Shown: in pieces, positions 13,008 through 26,700 of the stretch | How positions within the stretch are numbered: the first letter of the stretch is position 1 | Layout of the letters: each line of letters opens with the position of its first letter | NCBI GenBank assembly: GCA_040954595.2 | Contig: CM082579.2 | Coordinates: 14,546,550-14,610,549, forward strand | Length of the DNA: 64,000 bases | Source of the DNA: Balanoglossus misakiensis | Lineage: Eukaryota; Animalia; Hemichordata | Direction of reading: 5' to 3' | Position numbers and translations under genes: made by a program | The notes under the pieces: model-generated | The model's database searches: none | What the model was told of the DNA's origin: nothing | What the model saw: the letters and a program-made list of their open reading frames with translations, nothing else

Positions 13008-13218
13008 TACTGTAAAACACTTTATTTTCACGAGTTGAAATTTTTCGCGACATCGAGAGAGGCCACTGTTTCGCCAGTGTTAATTTTCGCGTTCTCTTAT
13101 TTCATTCATTGCATCTTTATCTTCAAAAAAATTACGCAACTTTTTATTTTCACGCTATTTTGGCTCTCGCGTATTTCGCGAAAATCTCTTGCTCGCGAAA
13201 ATAAAGTGTTTTACAGTA
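13008..13218. mobile_element. TA-flanked MITE; near-identical inverted copy at 38852-39053
   Basis: TIR TACTGTAAAACACTTTATTTTC. The internal sequence is shared with the 38852-39053 copy (pseudo-ORFs 13035..13259 and 38882..39160 overlap in peptide). Confidence 0.85.
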
Positions 13219-13437
13219 ACTTACTAACATTTCAGAAAAAGTTGTTACAGAATTCTTAGAAACACACTCTCCCTTTATTCCTTGTGATTTAGAGTCATTA
13301 CTTGAAAGGTGCAAATGTTTTTGAATTTTTACGAAACTTCAAAGAGCTGGAAAAACAGAGACAGTAATTTCTTACAATTGCAATGCAATTTTGGACCATT
13401 GACAGGAATGGCAACACTCTTGTATCACACTCAATAA

Positions 13438-13661
13438 AGTGATGGGGTCGTCGCACTGCGTTTGTTTGTTTATAAACATTGCAATTCATCCACAAATCCC
13501 TGAAATTAGACAGCCACGACCTACTAGGATCTTCAGTTGCTGTCATGGACAGTCTAGGATACTGTCAGCTGCTTCGTTCATTCTAAGAATTATCTTATTT
13601 GAGGGATTTGTGGATGAATTGTAATGTTTATAAACAAACGCATTGCGACGACCCCTTCACT
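13438..13661. mobile_element. Kolobok-like MITE with ~65-bp TIRs
   Basis: AGTGATGGGGTCGTCGCA...ATCCACAAATCCCT and AGGGATTTGTGGAT...TGCGACGACCCCTTCACT, flanked by ATAA/TTAA. Confidence 0.8.
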
Positions 13662-13736
13662 TTAAAACAACTGACATTTATGAGTTTAAGTATTTGTCTG
13701 CATGCATTCTTATCATTGTGATCCTTGTTCTGACAG

Positions 13737-13790
13737 ACTGTCCCGAAATTGTGATTAGTGAGGGCGTGGTGACCAGTACAGAGATAGAAG
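13737..13790 (+). CDS. Short exon, start of Sushi/CCP1
   Basis: tgacag| DCPEIVISEGVVTSTEIE |gtatga; phase 1-1. The rest of this CCP domain was not found. Confidence 0.7.
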
Positions 13791-14082
13791 GTATGATGTC
13801 TCTGTCTCATTCCAATGCTCGGACGGTTATCCAGTAGTTAAAGGGGATGTCCGGTCTAGCTGATATCTACATAATTTTGTAGCTTTGAGGTCACTCTTTC
13901 AGGAAAAAAAAAACATTTTCGCCGTGTATAAGTCGTACCAGCTATGCAAATATGCCTAGCCTGGTGTCTTGTATCCAAGATAATTAATGAAAAAAGTGCA
14001 GTGATGAGAGAGACTTAATTTGTCTCTTGAATCTATTGTTAGCAACAACTTGAATGACACTAATTTGTTGTTTATTTTTTAG

Positions 14083-14262
14083 GAATAACATGTGGTGGAC
14101 CCCCTGAGTGCAGCAATGGAATTCTTACCAATGTTACCAGTACAGTGTATGGTGGCATTGCTTATTATCAATGCATTGAGGGCTATCAGTTTATAAATAA
14201 TGTGTCTTCATTGGAATGCCAAGCAGATGGTGTCTGGGGTCCACTTGTGCCCCAATGCGAGC
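14083..14262 (+). CDS. Sushi/CCP exon
   Basis: ttttag| GITCGGPPECSNGILTNVTSTVYGGIAYYQCIEGYQFINNVSSLECQADGVWGPLVPQCE |gtaagt. Confidence 0.93.
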
Positions 14263-14365
14263 GTAAGTTGATATTTTTGAAAATAATTAAACTGCCATTG
14301 TAGTGCACACTTAGGAGACGGATTTTCAGAAAAATGTTAGTCCTCTGAACCTTTCAGTGCTTTAA

Positions 14366-14665
14366 AGCCACTAGAGCTGCCACTTTTTGCATTTATTTTC
14401 AGATTTTATTTTCCGACGTAGATTGGTACATTGAAATAATTAAGCTTACTGATAGGGATACAAGAACATGTCATCAATGCCTGATTGTGGCTGTATGTTG
14501 CAATTTAAACGTGCAATGTATTAAACAGGTGCCGTACCCATTTTATTAAAATCAGCCTCCATACAAACAGTATGCAGCTAGCTATCGTGGTATGCATCAC
14601 CATAGATTTGAAAGGTTTTACTGTGGAAAAGAAAAAAATTGTGAAATTTGGCAGCTCTAGAGGCT
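14366..14665. mobile_element. Kolobok-like MITE with TTAA target duplication
   Basis: TTAA|AGCCACTAGAGCTGCC ... GGCAGCTCTAGAGGCT|TTAA. Confidence 0.8.
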
Positions 14666-14963
14666 TTAAAGTGTGTGATGAGTCGTTTTGAAAACAAAAT
14701 ATAACACAGGGTGTTCACTGTCATGTTTTCATAAAAATCACTGACTCAAGTTGAAATTCTCTCCATAGCGTTATGATGGGGCACTTTGTGCTGGTTGCTA
14801 CATTCCACATGGGTGTCTAATTGGGACATTACACACTGAATGTTAAACCAGACACTGGTAACTTGAAAATATGCAGGATTGTGAGGGTTACTGCATGTCC
14901 CTTTAAACCATTTTCCTAGTATTAACACACTTGTAATGTTATCTGTTCATCTTATCCAAACAG

Positions 14964-15146
14964 CTCGCGAGTGTCCACCACCGAATGTAGACAACTACTT
15001 ATCATATGAAATTGTTAATGGTGATTCATTGATTTTTGGAACAACCGTTGCCTACTCATGTCCATCTGGCTACAGTCTGACTGGCTACACTGTCTCTACA
15101 TGTGGTGAAGATGGATCATGGATTGGAGATCCAGGATACTGTCAAC
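14964..15146 (+). CDS. Sushi/CCP exon
   Basis: aaacag| RECPPPNVDNYLSYEIVNGDSLIFGTTVAYSCPSGYSLTGYTVSTCGEDGSWIGDPGYCQ |gtaagt. Confidence 0.93.
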
Positions 15147-15456
15147 GTAAGTCATTTAAGGATGTACATTCAGTAAAATTGAAAATATGGTCATTTCTTT
15201 TAATTGTTAATTTTTGGATTATCCTATGTATGTATAATGAACATTTGTGATAAAATATAGGGGTCACCACGCTTGTTTTTGAAATACAGAGTCATGAATT
15301 TAGTCGATAATTGAAAAAAAGGAGTCAATGGTATCTGGACTTTTATAGTGGGAACTTGGGGTGAAAATGTTAAAGTTGTGACAGAATACAGATACCCAAT
15401 ATATATACCACAATCAAGTCTGCATCCACATAGTGTTTTATTTTTTTTACTTGCAG

Positions 15457-15639
15457 GATTGAACTGCAGTGATATACTCATAACAGACCCACATCTACAA
15501 GCTGTCCCTGATAGTGGACCATATTATATGGGCAGTAACATCACATTCTATTGTAATGCTGGCTATGAATTAAATGGTGCTGATTACCTGACTTGTCAAT
15601 CCGATTTACAGTGGAATAGTGCAATACCATCATGCATTG
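15457..15639 (+). CDS. Sushi/CCP exon
   Basis: ttgcag| LNCSDILITDPHLQAVPDSGPYYMGSNITFYCNAGYELNGADYLTCQSDLQWNSAIPSCI |gtaagt. Confidence 0.93.
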
Positions 15640-16108
15640 GTAAGTTCACATCAAGATTGGTCTTCATGTGGTTGTCTGCTTATGAGGTACCGTAATCGAT
15701 CACTCCAGTAATTTGACTATTTATCATAAATGTCACCTAAACTACATGCTGATAGGACATACAGTTCATGCCATGCAAATCTATGGCTGTCAGAAATTTC
15801 ATGATTTTCGTAATTTTATTTTTCATTGATTACTGTAAAACAGGAAATTTTCGCGACAAAGAAATTTTTTGCGATATCAAAAGCAGAAACTGTTATGAGA
15901 CGATTAATTTTCATGTTCTCGTATTTCACTACATTGTTATCACTGAAAATAGTTTTTTACGCAAAAATGTCTTTTTTTTTTGGCTCTTGCATAGTTCGCG
16001 AAAATTTGTTTGTGAAAATTTCCTGTTGGTCTGGTGGTTCCCAGCTAAACTTGTTGGTCTGAATTTACCAGCGGACCTGTGGGATTTTGATCATATATAA
16101 CATTTCAG

Positions 16109-16237
16109 ATATCAATGAATGTAGTACATTGGTGGCACGGTGTGGAATCAATCAAGTCTGTGAAAATAGAGATGGTGACTATCAGTGTGCATGTTTGGTG
16201 GGATTTGAACCAGATGTGAATGGAACAGCATGCAAAG
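16109..16237 (+). CDS. Calcium-binding EGF exon
   Basis: tttcag| DINECSTLVARCGINQVCENRDGDYQCACLVGFEPDVNGTACK |gtgaga; six Cys and DINEC motif. Confidence 0.93.
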
Positions 16238-16758
16238 GTGAGACATAAACAAGTCACTTGCAACATAACTTCAAGTCACTATTTTCACATTTAACACATT
16301 CCGAACTTATTTCAGAATTCCGGATAAATTTTTGGAATGACCTTTTAATCTCAGGTGTCTTTTTCTCATAGGATTACATTGATAATTGCTAGAAAACAAA
16401 CTTCTACTATTGTCATTTTCACGAAATTTTACACATAGCTCAGTCTAGTAAATATAAATTCATTGGTCAAATAAAATTGTGTGATTACAATGCTCTATTT
16501 TGAGATAAATTTCTTTAAGGTTTTTGTCCATAGACAAACCATTGGTGAACCATGCTGAGTCAGCAGGTTTCTTCTATTATCAACTAAGTTAATGGCCTTG
16601 TATTTCAAAAGCAAGCAAGGTGACGCCTTTATTTTATCACAGATTCATCTTGTACGTACACAAGATAATCCCAAAATTCACGATTAAAAGAAATGACAAT
16701 ACTTTCAATTTTACTGAACGTACATTGTTTTAATCCAATCCATGTTCCTTCTTTGTAG

Positions 16759-16944
16759 ATATAAATGAATGTGCTTCACATTCTTGTGATCAACTTTGTA
16801 AAAACACTGCAGGTGGTTTTCAATGTTCCTGTGAAGAAGGCTATCTCTTATATGCAAATAACGGCACAGGTGGATTCTATCTGCCACCTGGAGAAACTGG
16901 TCTCTCAATGTATGATGTCTACACTTTTAACCAATCATGTGTTC
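16759..16944 (+). CDS. Calcium-binding EGF exon with Uif-like insert
   Basis: ttgtag| DINECASHSCDQLCKNTAGGFQCSCEEGYLLYANNGTGGFYLPPGETGLSMYDVYTFNQSCV |gtaagt. Confidence 0.93.
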
Positions 16945-17459
16945 GTAAGTATCATGTTAAACTATAGAGTTAAAGGTATATGATCACCCATGGAAAATTA
17001 GCTATATATAGTTACCATGGAAAATTGAAATCTAGCCAATCACAGATTTTCATTTGGTGGCACACGTGGAAAACAGGCGCCACCATATGTTCTTTAGAAT
17101 GCTCAAATACGCCATTCAGCCATATATGGGAATGTGTATTGAAGGTGACTGTATACTTTTAACCAAGATTTGTCATATTATTGACCTTTATACCGCAATG
17201 AATTTGCAGCAACAAAAAGTGGACAAAAAGCTGAATTTCATAATTGGATTTCATAATTTTGCCGTAATTCAATAATGAAATGTGGAGAAAGTCAGCAGAC
17301 CAACTTTGCACTGTTATTATTTATTTTGGATTTGTTTCCCTCCTGCTAACAAAAGTGTCCTCTCACCTCATGGCATGAAGATGCATTGAATTCTGAGAAA
17401 AAGGGGATTAATACTTGAGTGTATTTACAAAGACAAACAAGCTCACTGGTAGCATTTAA

Positions 17460-17566
17460 AGGGGAAGTCCGGTTCAGCTACATAATTGGGTAGCTTTGAG
17501 GTCATTCTTTCAGAAAAAAACATTGTGTAGAAATTATGCATACATCAGCTGGACAGGACTTCCCTT
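17460..17566. mobile_element. Small Kolobok-like MITE
   Basis: TTAA|AGGGGAAGTCC ... GGACTTCCCTT|TTAA. A related left end lies near 13840. Confidence 0.65.
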
Positions 17567-17795
17567 TTAATATTTCCAAGCAAGGCAATTGGTTTACTGC
17601 AACAATTACTTTGAAAACACAGTGTAAAACAACAATCATGATATAAATGTTACTTTAATAGATAGTCATACTTATATAAGCATGACTGTCTATGTTGGTC
17701 TGTAAGTTGTATTTGAAAGAAAAGTTTCATGTACGAATAGTACAAAGATTGACATTTAGTCCACAAATCCCTGAAATGAGACAGCCACGACCTAC

Positions 17796-20700
17796 CATTA
17801 ACATTAACCAGAGCACACAGTAACCAGGCCGTAGTGGACAGTGTTCTGCCCATTAATTTTGAGTGTTTGGTGGGGTCAACCTTTGCGTCAACATTAACCA
17901 GAGCACACAGTAACCAGGCCATAGTGGACAGTGTGCTGCCCATTAATTTTGAGTGTTTGGTGGGGTCAACCTTTGCGTCAACATTAACCAGAGCACACAG
18001 TAACCAGGCCGTAGTGGACAGTGTTCTGCCCATTAATTTTGAGTGTTTGGTGGGGTCAACCTTTGCGTCAACATTAACCAGAGCACACAGTAACCAGGCC
18101 GTAGTGGACAGTGTTCTGCCCATTAATTTTGAGTGTTTGGTGGGGTCAACCTTTGCGTCAACATTAACCAGAGCACACAGTAACCAGGCCGTAGTGGACA
18201 GTGTTCTGCCCATTAATTTTGAGTGTTTGGTGGGGTCAACCTTTGCGTCAACATTAACCAGAGCACACAGTAACCAGGCCGTAGTGGACAGTGTTCTGCC
18301 CATTAATTTTGAGTGTTTGGTGGGGTCAACCTTTGCGTCAACATTAACCAGAGCACACAGTAACCAGGCCGTAGTGGACAGTGTTCTCCCCATTAATTTT
18401 GAGTGTTTGGTGGGGTCAACCTTTGCGTCAACATTAACCAGAGCACACAGTAACCAGGCCGTAGTGGACAGTGTTCTGCCCATTAATTTTGAGTGTTTGG
18501 TGGGGTCAACCTTTGCGTCAACATTAACCACAGCACACAGTAACCAGGCCAGAGTGGCCAGTATCGTGCCCATTAATTTTGAGTGTTTGATGGGGGTCAA
18601 CCTTTGCGTCAACATTAACCAGAGCACACAGTAACCAGGCCGTAGTGGACAGTGTTCTGCCCATTAATTTTGAGTGTTTGGTGGGGTCAACCTTTGCGTC
18701 AACATTAACCAGAGCACACAGTAACCAGGCCGTAGTGGACAGTGTTCTGCCCATTAATTTTGAGTGTTTGGTGGGGTCAACCTTTGCGTCAACATTAACC
18801 AGAGCACACAGTAACCAGGCCGTAGTGGACAGTGTTCTGCCCATTAATTTTGAGTGTTTGGTGGGGTCAACCTTTGCGTCAACATTAACCAGAGCACACA
18901 GTAACCAGGCCGTAGTGGACAGTGTTCTGCCCATTAATTTTGAGTGTTTGGTGGGGTCAACCTTTGCGTCAACATTAACCAGAGCACACAGTAACCAGGC
19001 CGTAGTGGACAGTGTTCTCCCCATTAATTTTGAGTGTTTGGTGGGGTCAACCTTTGCGTCAACATTAACCAGAGCACACAGTAACCAGGCCGTAGTGGAC
19101 AGTGTTCTGCCCATTAATTTTGAGTGTTTGGTGGGGTCAACCTTTGCGTCAACATTAACCACAGCACACAGTAACCAGGCCAGAGTGGCCAGTATCGTGC
19201 CCATTAATTTTGAGTGTTTGATGGGGGTCAACCTTTGCGTCAACATTAACCAGAGCACACAGTAACCAGGCCGTAGTGGACAGTGTTCTGCCCATTAATT
19301 TTGAGTGTTTGGTGGGGTCAACCTTTGCGTCAACATTAACCAGAGCACACAGTAACCAGGCCATAGTGGACAGTGTGCTGCCCATTAATTTTGAGTGTTT
19401 GGTGGGGTCAACCTTTGCGTCAACATTAACCAGAGCACACAGTAACCAGGCCGTAGTGGACAGTGTTCTGCCCATTAATTTTGAGTGTTTGGTGGGGTCA
19501 ACCTTTGCGTCAACATTAACCAGAGCACACAGTAACCAGGCCGTAGTGGACAGTGTTCTGCCCATTAATTTTGAGTGTTTGGTGGGGTCAACCTTTGCGT
19601 CAACATTAACCAGAGCACACAGTAACCAGGCCGTAGTGGACAGTGTTCTGCCCATTAATTTTGAGTGTTTGGTGGGGTCAACCTTTGCGTCAACATTAAC
19701 TAGGCCAGAGTGGCCAGTATCGTGCCCATTAATTTTGAGTGTTTGGTGGGGTCAACCTTTGCGTCAACATTAACTAGGCCAGAGTGGCCAGTATCATGCC
19801 CATTAATTTTGAGTGTTTGGTGGGGTCAACCTTTGCGTCAACATTAACTAGGCCAGAGTGGCCAGTATCTTGCCCATTAATTTTGAGTGTTTGGTGGGGT
19901 CAACCTTTGCGTCAACATTAACCAGAGCACACAGTAACCAGGCCATAGTGGACAGTGTTCTGCCCATTAATTTTGAGTGTTTGGTGGGGTCAACCTTTGC
20001 GTCAACATTAACCAGAGCACACAGTAACCAGACCGTAGTGGACAGTGTTCTGCCCATTAATTTTGAGTGTTTGGTGGGGTCAACCTTTGCGTCAACATTA
20101 ACCAGAGCACACAGTAACCAGGCCATAGTGGACAGTGTTCTGCCCATTAATTTTGAGTGTTTGGTGGGGTCAACCTTTGCGTCAACATTAACTAGGCCAG
20201 AGTGGCCAGTATCGTGCCCATTAATTTTGAGTGTTTGGTGGGGTCAACCTTTGCGTCAACATTAACTAGGCCAGAGTGGCCAGTATCATGCCCATTAATT
20301 TTGAGTGTTTGGTGGGGTCAACCTTTGCGTCAACATTAACTAGGCCAGAGTGGCCAGTATCTTGCCCATTAATTTTGAGTGTTTGGTGGGGTCAACCTTT
20401 GCGTCAACATTAACCAGAGCACACAGTAACCAGGCCATAGTGGACAGTGTTCTGCCCATTAATTTTGAGTGTTTGGTGGGGTCAACCTTTGCGTCAACAT
20501 TAACCAGAGCACACAGTAACCAGACCGTAGTGGACAGTGTTCTGCCCATTAATTTTGAGTGTTTGGTGGGGTCAACCTTTGCGTCAACATTAACCAGAGC
20601 ACACAGTAACCAGGCCATAGTGGACAGTGTTCTGCCCATTAATTTTGAGTGTTTGGTGGGGTCAACCTTTGCGTCAACATTAACCAGAGCACACAGTAAC

Positions 20701-23700
20701 CAGGCCGTAGTGGACAGTGTTCTGCCCATTAATTTTGAGTGTTTGGTGGGGTCAACCTTTGCGTCAACATTAACCAGAGCACACAGTAACCAGGCCATAG
20801 TGGACAGTGTGCTACCCATTAATTTTGAGTGTTTGGTGGGGTCAACCTTTGCGTCAACATTAACCAGAGCACACAGTAACCAGGCCGTAGTGGACAGTGT
20901 TCTGCCCATTAATTTTGAGTGTTTGGTGGGGTCAACCTTTGCGTCAACATTAACCAGAGCACACAGTAACCAGGCCATAGTGGACAGTGTGCTACCCATT
21001 AATTTTGAGTGTTTGGTGGGGTCAACCTTTGCGTCAACATTAACCAGAGCACACAGTAACCAGGCCGTAGTGGACAGTGTTCTGCCCATTAATTTTGAGT
21101 GTTTGGTGGGGTCAACCTTTGCGTCAACATTAACCAGAGCACACAGTAACCAGGCCATAGTGGACAGTGTTCTGCCCATTAATTTTGAGTGTTTGGTGGG
21201 GTCAACCTTTGCGTCAACATTAACCAGAGCACACAGTAACCAGGCCGTAGTGGACAGTGTTCTGCCCATTAATTTTGAGTGTTTGGTGGGGTCAACCTTT
21301 GCGTCAACATTAACCAGAGCACACAGTAACCAGGCCGTAGTGGACAGTGTTCTGCCCATTAATTTTGAGTGTTTGGTGGGGTCAACCTTTGCGTCAACAT
21401 TAACCAGAGCACACAGTAACCAGGCCGTAGTGGACAGTGTTCTGCCCATTAATTTTGAGTGTTTGGTGGGGTCAACCTTTGCGTCAACATTAACCAGAGC
21501 ACACAGTAACCAGGCCATAGTGGACAGTGTTCTGCCCATTAATTTTGAGTGTTTGGTGGGGTCAACCTTTGCGTCAACATTAACCAGAGCACACAGTAAC
21601 CAGGCCGTAGTGGACAGTGTTCTGCCCATTAATTTTGAGTGTTTGGTGGGGTCAACCTTTGCGTCAACATTAACCAGAGCACACAGTAACCAGGCCATAG
21701 TGGACAGTGTGCTGCCCATTAATTTTGAGTGTTTGGTGGGGTCAACCTTTGCGTCAACATTAACCAGAGCACACAGTAACCAGGCCATAGTGGACAGTGT
21801 TCTGCCCATTAATTTTGAGTGTTTGGTGGGGTCAACCTTTGCGTCAACATTAACCAGAGCACACAGTAACCAGGCCGTAGTGGACAGTGTTCTGCCCATT
21901 AATTTTGAGTGTTTGGTGGGGTCAACCTTTGCGTCAACATTAACCAGAGCACACAGTAACCAGGCCGTAGTGGACAGTGTTCTGCCCATTAATTTTGAGT
22001 GTTTGGTGGGGTCAACCTTTGCGTCAACATTAACCAGAGCACACAGTAACCAGGCCATAGTGGACAGTGTGCTGCCCATTAATTTTGAGTGTTTGGTGGG
22101 GTCAACCTTTGCGTCAACATTAACCAGAGCACACAGTAACCAGGCCGTAGTGGACAGTGTTCTGCCCATTAATTTTGAGTGTTTGGTGGGGTCAACCTTT
22201 GCGTCAACATTAACCAGAGCACACAGTAACCAGGCCGTAGTGGACAGTGTGCTGCCCATTAATTTTGAGTGTTTGGTGGGGTCAACCTTTGCGTCAACAT
22301 TAACCAGAGCACAGAGTAACCAGGCCATAGTGGACAGTGTTCTGCCCATTAATTTTGAGTGTTTGGTGGGGTCAACCTTTGCGTCAACATTAACTAGGCC
22401 AGAGTGGCCAGTATCGTGCCCATTAATTTTGAGTGTTTGGTGGGGTCAACCTTTGCGTCAACATTAACTAGGCCAGAGTGGCCAGTATCGTGCCCATTAA
22501 TTTTGAGTGTTTGGTGGGGTCAACCTTTGCGTCTGCATTAACTAGGCCAGAGTGGCCAGTATCATGCCCATTAATGTTGAGTGTTTGGTGGGGTCAACCT
22601 TTGCGTCAACATTATCTAGGCCAGAGTGGCCAGTATCGTGCCCATTAATTTTGAGTGTTTGGTGGGGGTCAACCTTTGCGTCAACATTAACCAGAGCACA
22701 CAGTAACCAGGCCGTAGTGGACAGTGTTCTGCCCATTAATTTTGAGTGTTTGGTGGGGTCAACCTTTGCGTCAACATTAACCAGAGCACACAGTAACCAG
22801 GCCATAGTGGACAGTGTGCTGCCCATTAATTTTGAGTGTTTGGTGGGGTCAACCTTTGCGTCAACATTAACCAGAGCACACAGTAACCAGGCCGTAGTGG
22901 ACAGTGTTCTGCCCATTAATTTTGAGTGTTTGGTGGGGTCAACCTTTGCGTCAACATTAACCAGAGCACACAGTAACCAGGCCGTAGTGGACAGTGTTCT
23001 GCCCATTAATTTTGAGTGTTTGGTGGGGTCAACCTTTGCGTCAACATTAACCAGAGCACACAGTAACCAGGCCATAGTGGACAGTGTTCTGCCCATTAAT
23101 TTTGAGTGTTTGGTGGGGTCAACCTTTGCGTCAACATTAACCAGAGCACACAGTAACCAGGCCGTAGTGGACAGTGTTCTGCCCATTAATTTTGAGTGTT
23201 TGGTGGGGTCAACCTTTGCGTCAACATTAACCAGAGCACACAGTAACCAGGCCATAGTGGACAGTGTGCTGCCCATTAATTTTGAGTGTTTGGTGGGGTC
23301 AACCTTTGCGTCAACATTAACCAGAGCACACAGTAACCAGGCCATAGTGGACAGTGTTCTGCCCATTAATTTTGAGTGTTTGGTGGGGTCAACCTTTGCG
23401 TCAACATTAACCAGAGCACACAGTAACCAGGCCATAGTGGACAGTATGCTGCCCATTGATTTTGAGTGTTTGGTGGCGTCAACCTTTGCGTCAACATTAA
23501 CCAGAGCACACAATAACCAGGCCGTAGTGGACAGTGTTCTGCCCATTAATTTTGAGTGTTTGGTGGGGTCAACCTTTGCGTCAAAATTAACCAGAGCACA
23601 CAGTAACCAGGCCATAGTGGACAGTGTTCTGCCCATTAATTTTGAGTGTTTGGTGGGGTCAACCTTTGCGTCAACATTAACCAGAGCACACAGTAACCAG

Positions 23701-26700
23701 GCCGTAGTGGACAGTGTGCTGCCCATTAATTTTGAGTGTTTGGTGGGGTCAACCTTTGCGTCAACATTAACTAGGCCAGAGTGGCCAGTATCGTGCCCAT
23801 TAATTTTGAGTGTTTCGTGGGGGTCAACCTTTGCGTCAACATTAACTAGGCCAGAGTGGCCAGTATCGTGCCCATTAATTTTGAGTGTTTGGTGGGGGTC
23901 AACCTTTGCGTCAACATTAACTAGGCCAGAGTGGCCAGTATCCTGCCCATTAATTTTGAGTGTTTGGTGGGGTCAACCTTTGCATCAACATTAACCAGAG
24001 CACACAGTAACCAGGCCATAGTGGACAGTGTTCTGCCCATTAATTTTGAGTGTTTGGTGGGGTCAACCTTTGCATCAACATTAACCAGAGCACACAGTAA
24101 CCAGGCCGTATTGGACAGTGTGCTGCCCATTAATTTTGAGTGTTTGGTGGGGTCAACCTTTGCGTCAACATTAACTAGGCCAGAGTGGCCAGTATCGTGC
24201 CCATTAATTTTGAGTGTTTGGTGGGGGTCAACCTTTGCATCAACATTAACTAGGCCAGAGTGGCCAGTATCCTGCCCATTAATTTTGAGTGTTTGGTGGG
24301 GTCAACCTTTGCGTCAACATTAACTAGGCCAGAGTGGCCAGTATCGTGCCCATTAATTTTGAGTGTTTGGTGGGGTCAACCTTTGCGTCAACATTAACTA
24401 GGCCAGAGTGGCCAGTATCGTGCCCATTAATTTTGAGTGTTTGGTGGGGTCAACCTTTGCGTCAGCATTAACTAGGCCAGAGTGGCCAGTATCATGCCCA
24501 TTAATGTTGAGTGTTTGGTGGGGTCAACCTTTGCGTCAACATTATCTAGGCCAGAGTGGCCAGTATCGTGCCCATTAATTTTGAGTGTTTGGTGGGGGTC
24601 AACCTTTGCGTCAACATTAACCAGAGCACACAGTAACCAGGCCGTAGTGGACAGTGTTCTGCCCATTAATTTTGAGTGTTTGGTGGGGTCAACCTTTGCG
24701 TCAACATTAACCAGAGCACACAGTAACCAGGCCATAGTGGACAGTGTGCTGCCCATTAATTTTGAGTGTTTGGTGGGGTCAACCTTTGCGTCAACATTAA
24801 CCAGAGCACACAGTAACCAGGCCGTAGTGGACAGTGTTCTGCCCATTAATTTTGAGTGTTTGGTGGGGTCAACCTTTGCGTCAACATTAACCAGAGCACA
24901 CAGTAACCAGGCCGTAGTGGACAGTGTTCTGCCCATTAATTTTGAGTGTTTGGTGGGGTCAACCTTTGCGTCAACATTAACCAGAGCACACAGTAACCAG
25001 GCCATAGTGGACAGTGTTCTGCCCATTAATTTTGAGTGTTTGGTGGGGTCAACCTTTGCGTCAACATTAACCAGAGCACACAGTAACCAGGCCGTAGTGG
25101 ACAGTGTTCTGCCCATTAATTTTGAGTGTTTGGTGGGGTCAACCTTTGCGTCAACATTAACCAGAGCACACAGTAACCAGGCCATAGTGGACAGTGTGCT
25201 GCCCATTAATTTTGAGTGTTTGGTGGGGTCAACCTTTGCGTCAACATTAACCAGAGCACACAGTAACCAGGCCATAGTGGACAGTGTTCTGCCCATTAAT
25301 TTTGAGTGTTTGGTGGGGTCAACCTTTGCGTCAACATTAACCAGAGCACACAGTAACCAGGCCATAGTGGACAGTATGCTGCCCATTGATTTTGAGTGTT
25401 TGGTGGCGTCAACCTTTGCGTCAACATTAACCAGAGCACACAATAACCAGGCCGTAGTGGACAGTGTTCTGCCCATTAATTTTGAGTGTTTGGTGGGGTC
25501 AACCTTTGCGTCAAAATTAACCATAGCACACAGTAACCAGGCCATAGTGGACAGTGTTCTGCCCATTAATTTTGAGTGTTTGGTGGGGTCAACCTTTGCG
25601 TCAACATTAACCAGAGCACACAGTAACCAGGCCGTAGTGGACAGTGTGCTGCCCATTAATTTTGAGTGTTTGGTGGGGTCAACCTTTGCGTCAACATTAA
25701 CTAGGCCAGAGTGGCCAGTATCGTGCCCATTAATTTTGAGTGTTTCGTGGGGGTCAACCTTTGCGTCAACATTAACTAGGCCAGAGTGGCCAGTATCGTG
25801 CCCATTAATTTTGAGTGTTTGGTGGGGGTCAACCTTTGCGTCAACATTAACTAGGCCAGAGTGGCCAGTATCCTGCCCATTAATTTTGAGTGTTTGGTGG
25901 GGTCAACCTTTGCATCAACATTAACCAGAGCACACAGTAACCAGGCCATAGTGGACAGTGTTCTGCCCATTAATTTTGAGTGTTTGGTGGGGGTCAACCT
26001 TTGCGTCAACATTAACTAGGCCAGAGTGGCCAGTATCCTGCCCATTAATTTTGAGTGTTTGGTGGGGTCAACCTTTGCATCAACATTAACCAGAGCACAC
26101 AGTAACCAGGCCATAGTGGACAGTGTTCTGCCCATTAATTTTGAGTGTTTGGTGGGGTCAACCTTTGCATCAACATTAACCAGAGCACACAGTAACCAGG
26201 CCGTAGTGGACAGTGTGCTGCCCATTAATTTTGAGTGTTTGGTGGGGTCAACCTTTGCGTCAACATTAACTAGGCCAGAGTGGCCAGTATCCTGCCCATT
26301 AATTTTGAGTGTTTGGTGGGGTCAACCTTTGCATCAACATTAACCAGAGCACACAGTAACCAGGCCATAGTGGACAGTGTTCTGCCCATTAATTTTGAGT
26401 GTTTGGTGGGGTCAACCTTTGCATCAACATTAACCAGAGCACACAGTAACCAGGCCGTAGTGGACAGTGTGCTGCCCATTAATTTTGAGTGTTTGGTGGG
26501 GTCAACCTTTGCGTCAACATTAACCAGAGCACACAGTAACCAGGCCGTAGTGGACAGTGTTCTGCCCATTAATTTTGAGTGTTTGGTGGGGTCAACCTTT
26601 GCGTCAACATTAACCAGAGCACACAGTAACCAGGCCATAGTGGACAGTGTTCTGCCCATTAATTTTGAGTGTTTGGTGGGGTCAACCTTTGCATCAACAT

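Larger units (their letters stand above)
5067..16944 (+). pseudogene. uif: Uninflatable-like CLECT-3xCUB-4xSushi-2xEGF gene remnant (disrupted, 3' truncated)
   Basis: 13 AG/GT-bounded exons translate to CTLD, CUB, CCP and cbEGF domains in the order known for Uif. The last exon has NGTGGFYLPPGETGLSMYDVYTFNQSCV, recalling the insert after the Uif EGF domain (similarity from memory). Lesions: phase clash at 8626/9941, frameshift near 10505, TGA at 10542-10544, and missing second halves of CUB2 and CCP1. Confidence 0.75.
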
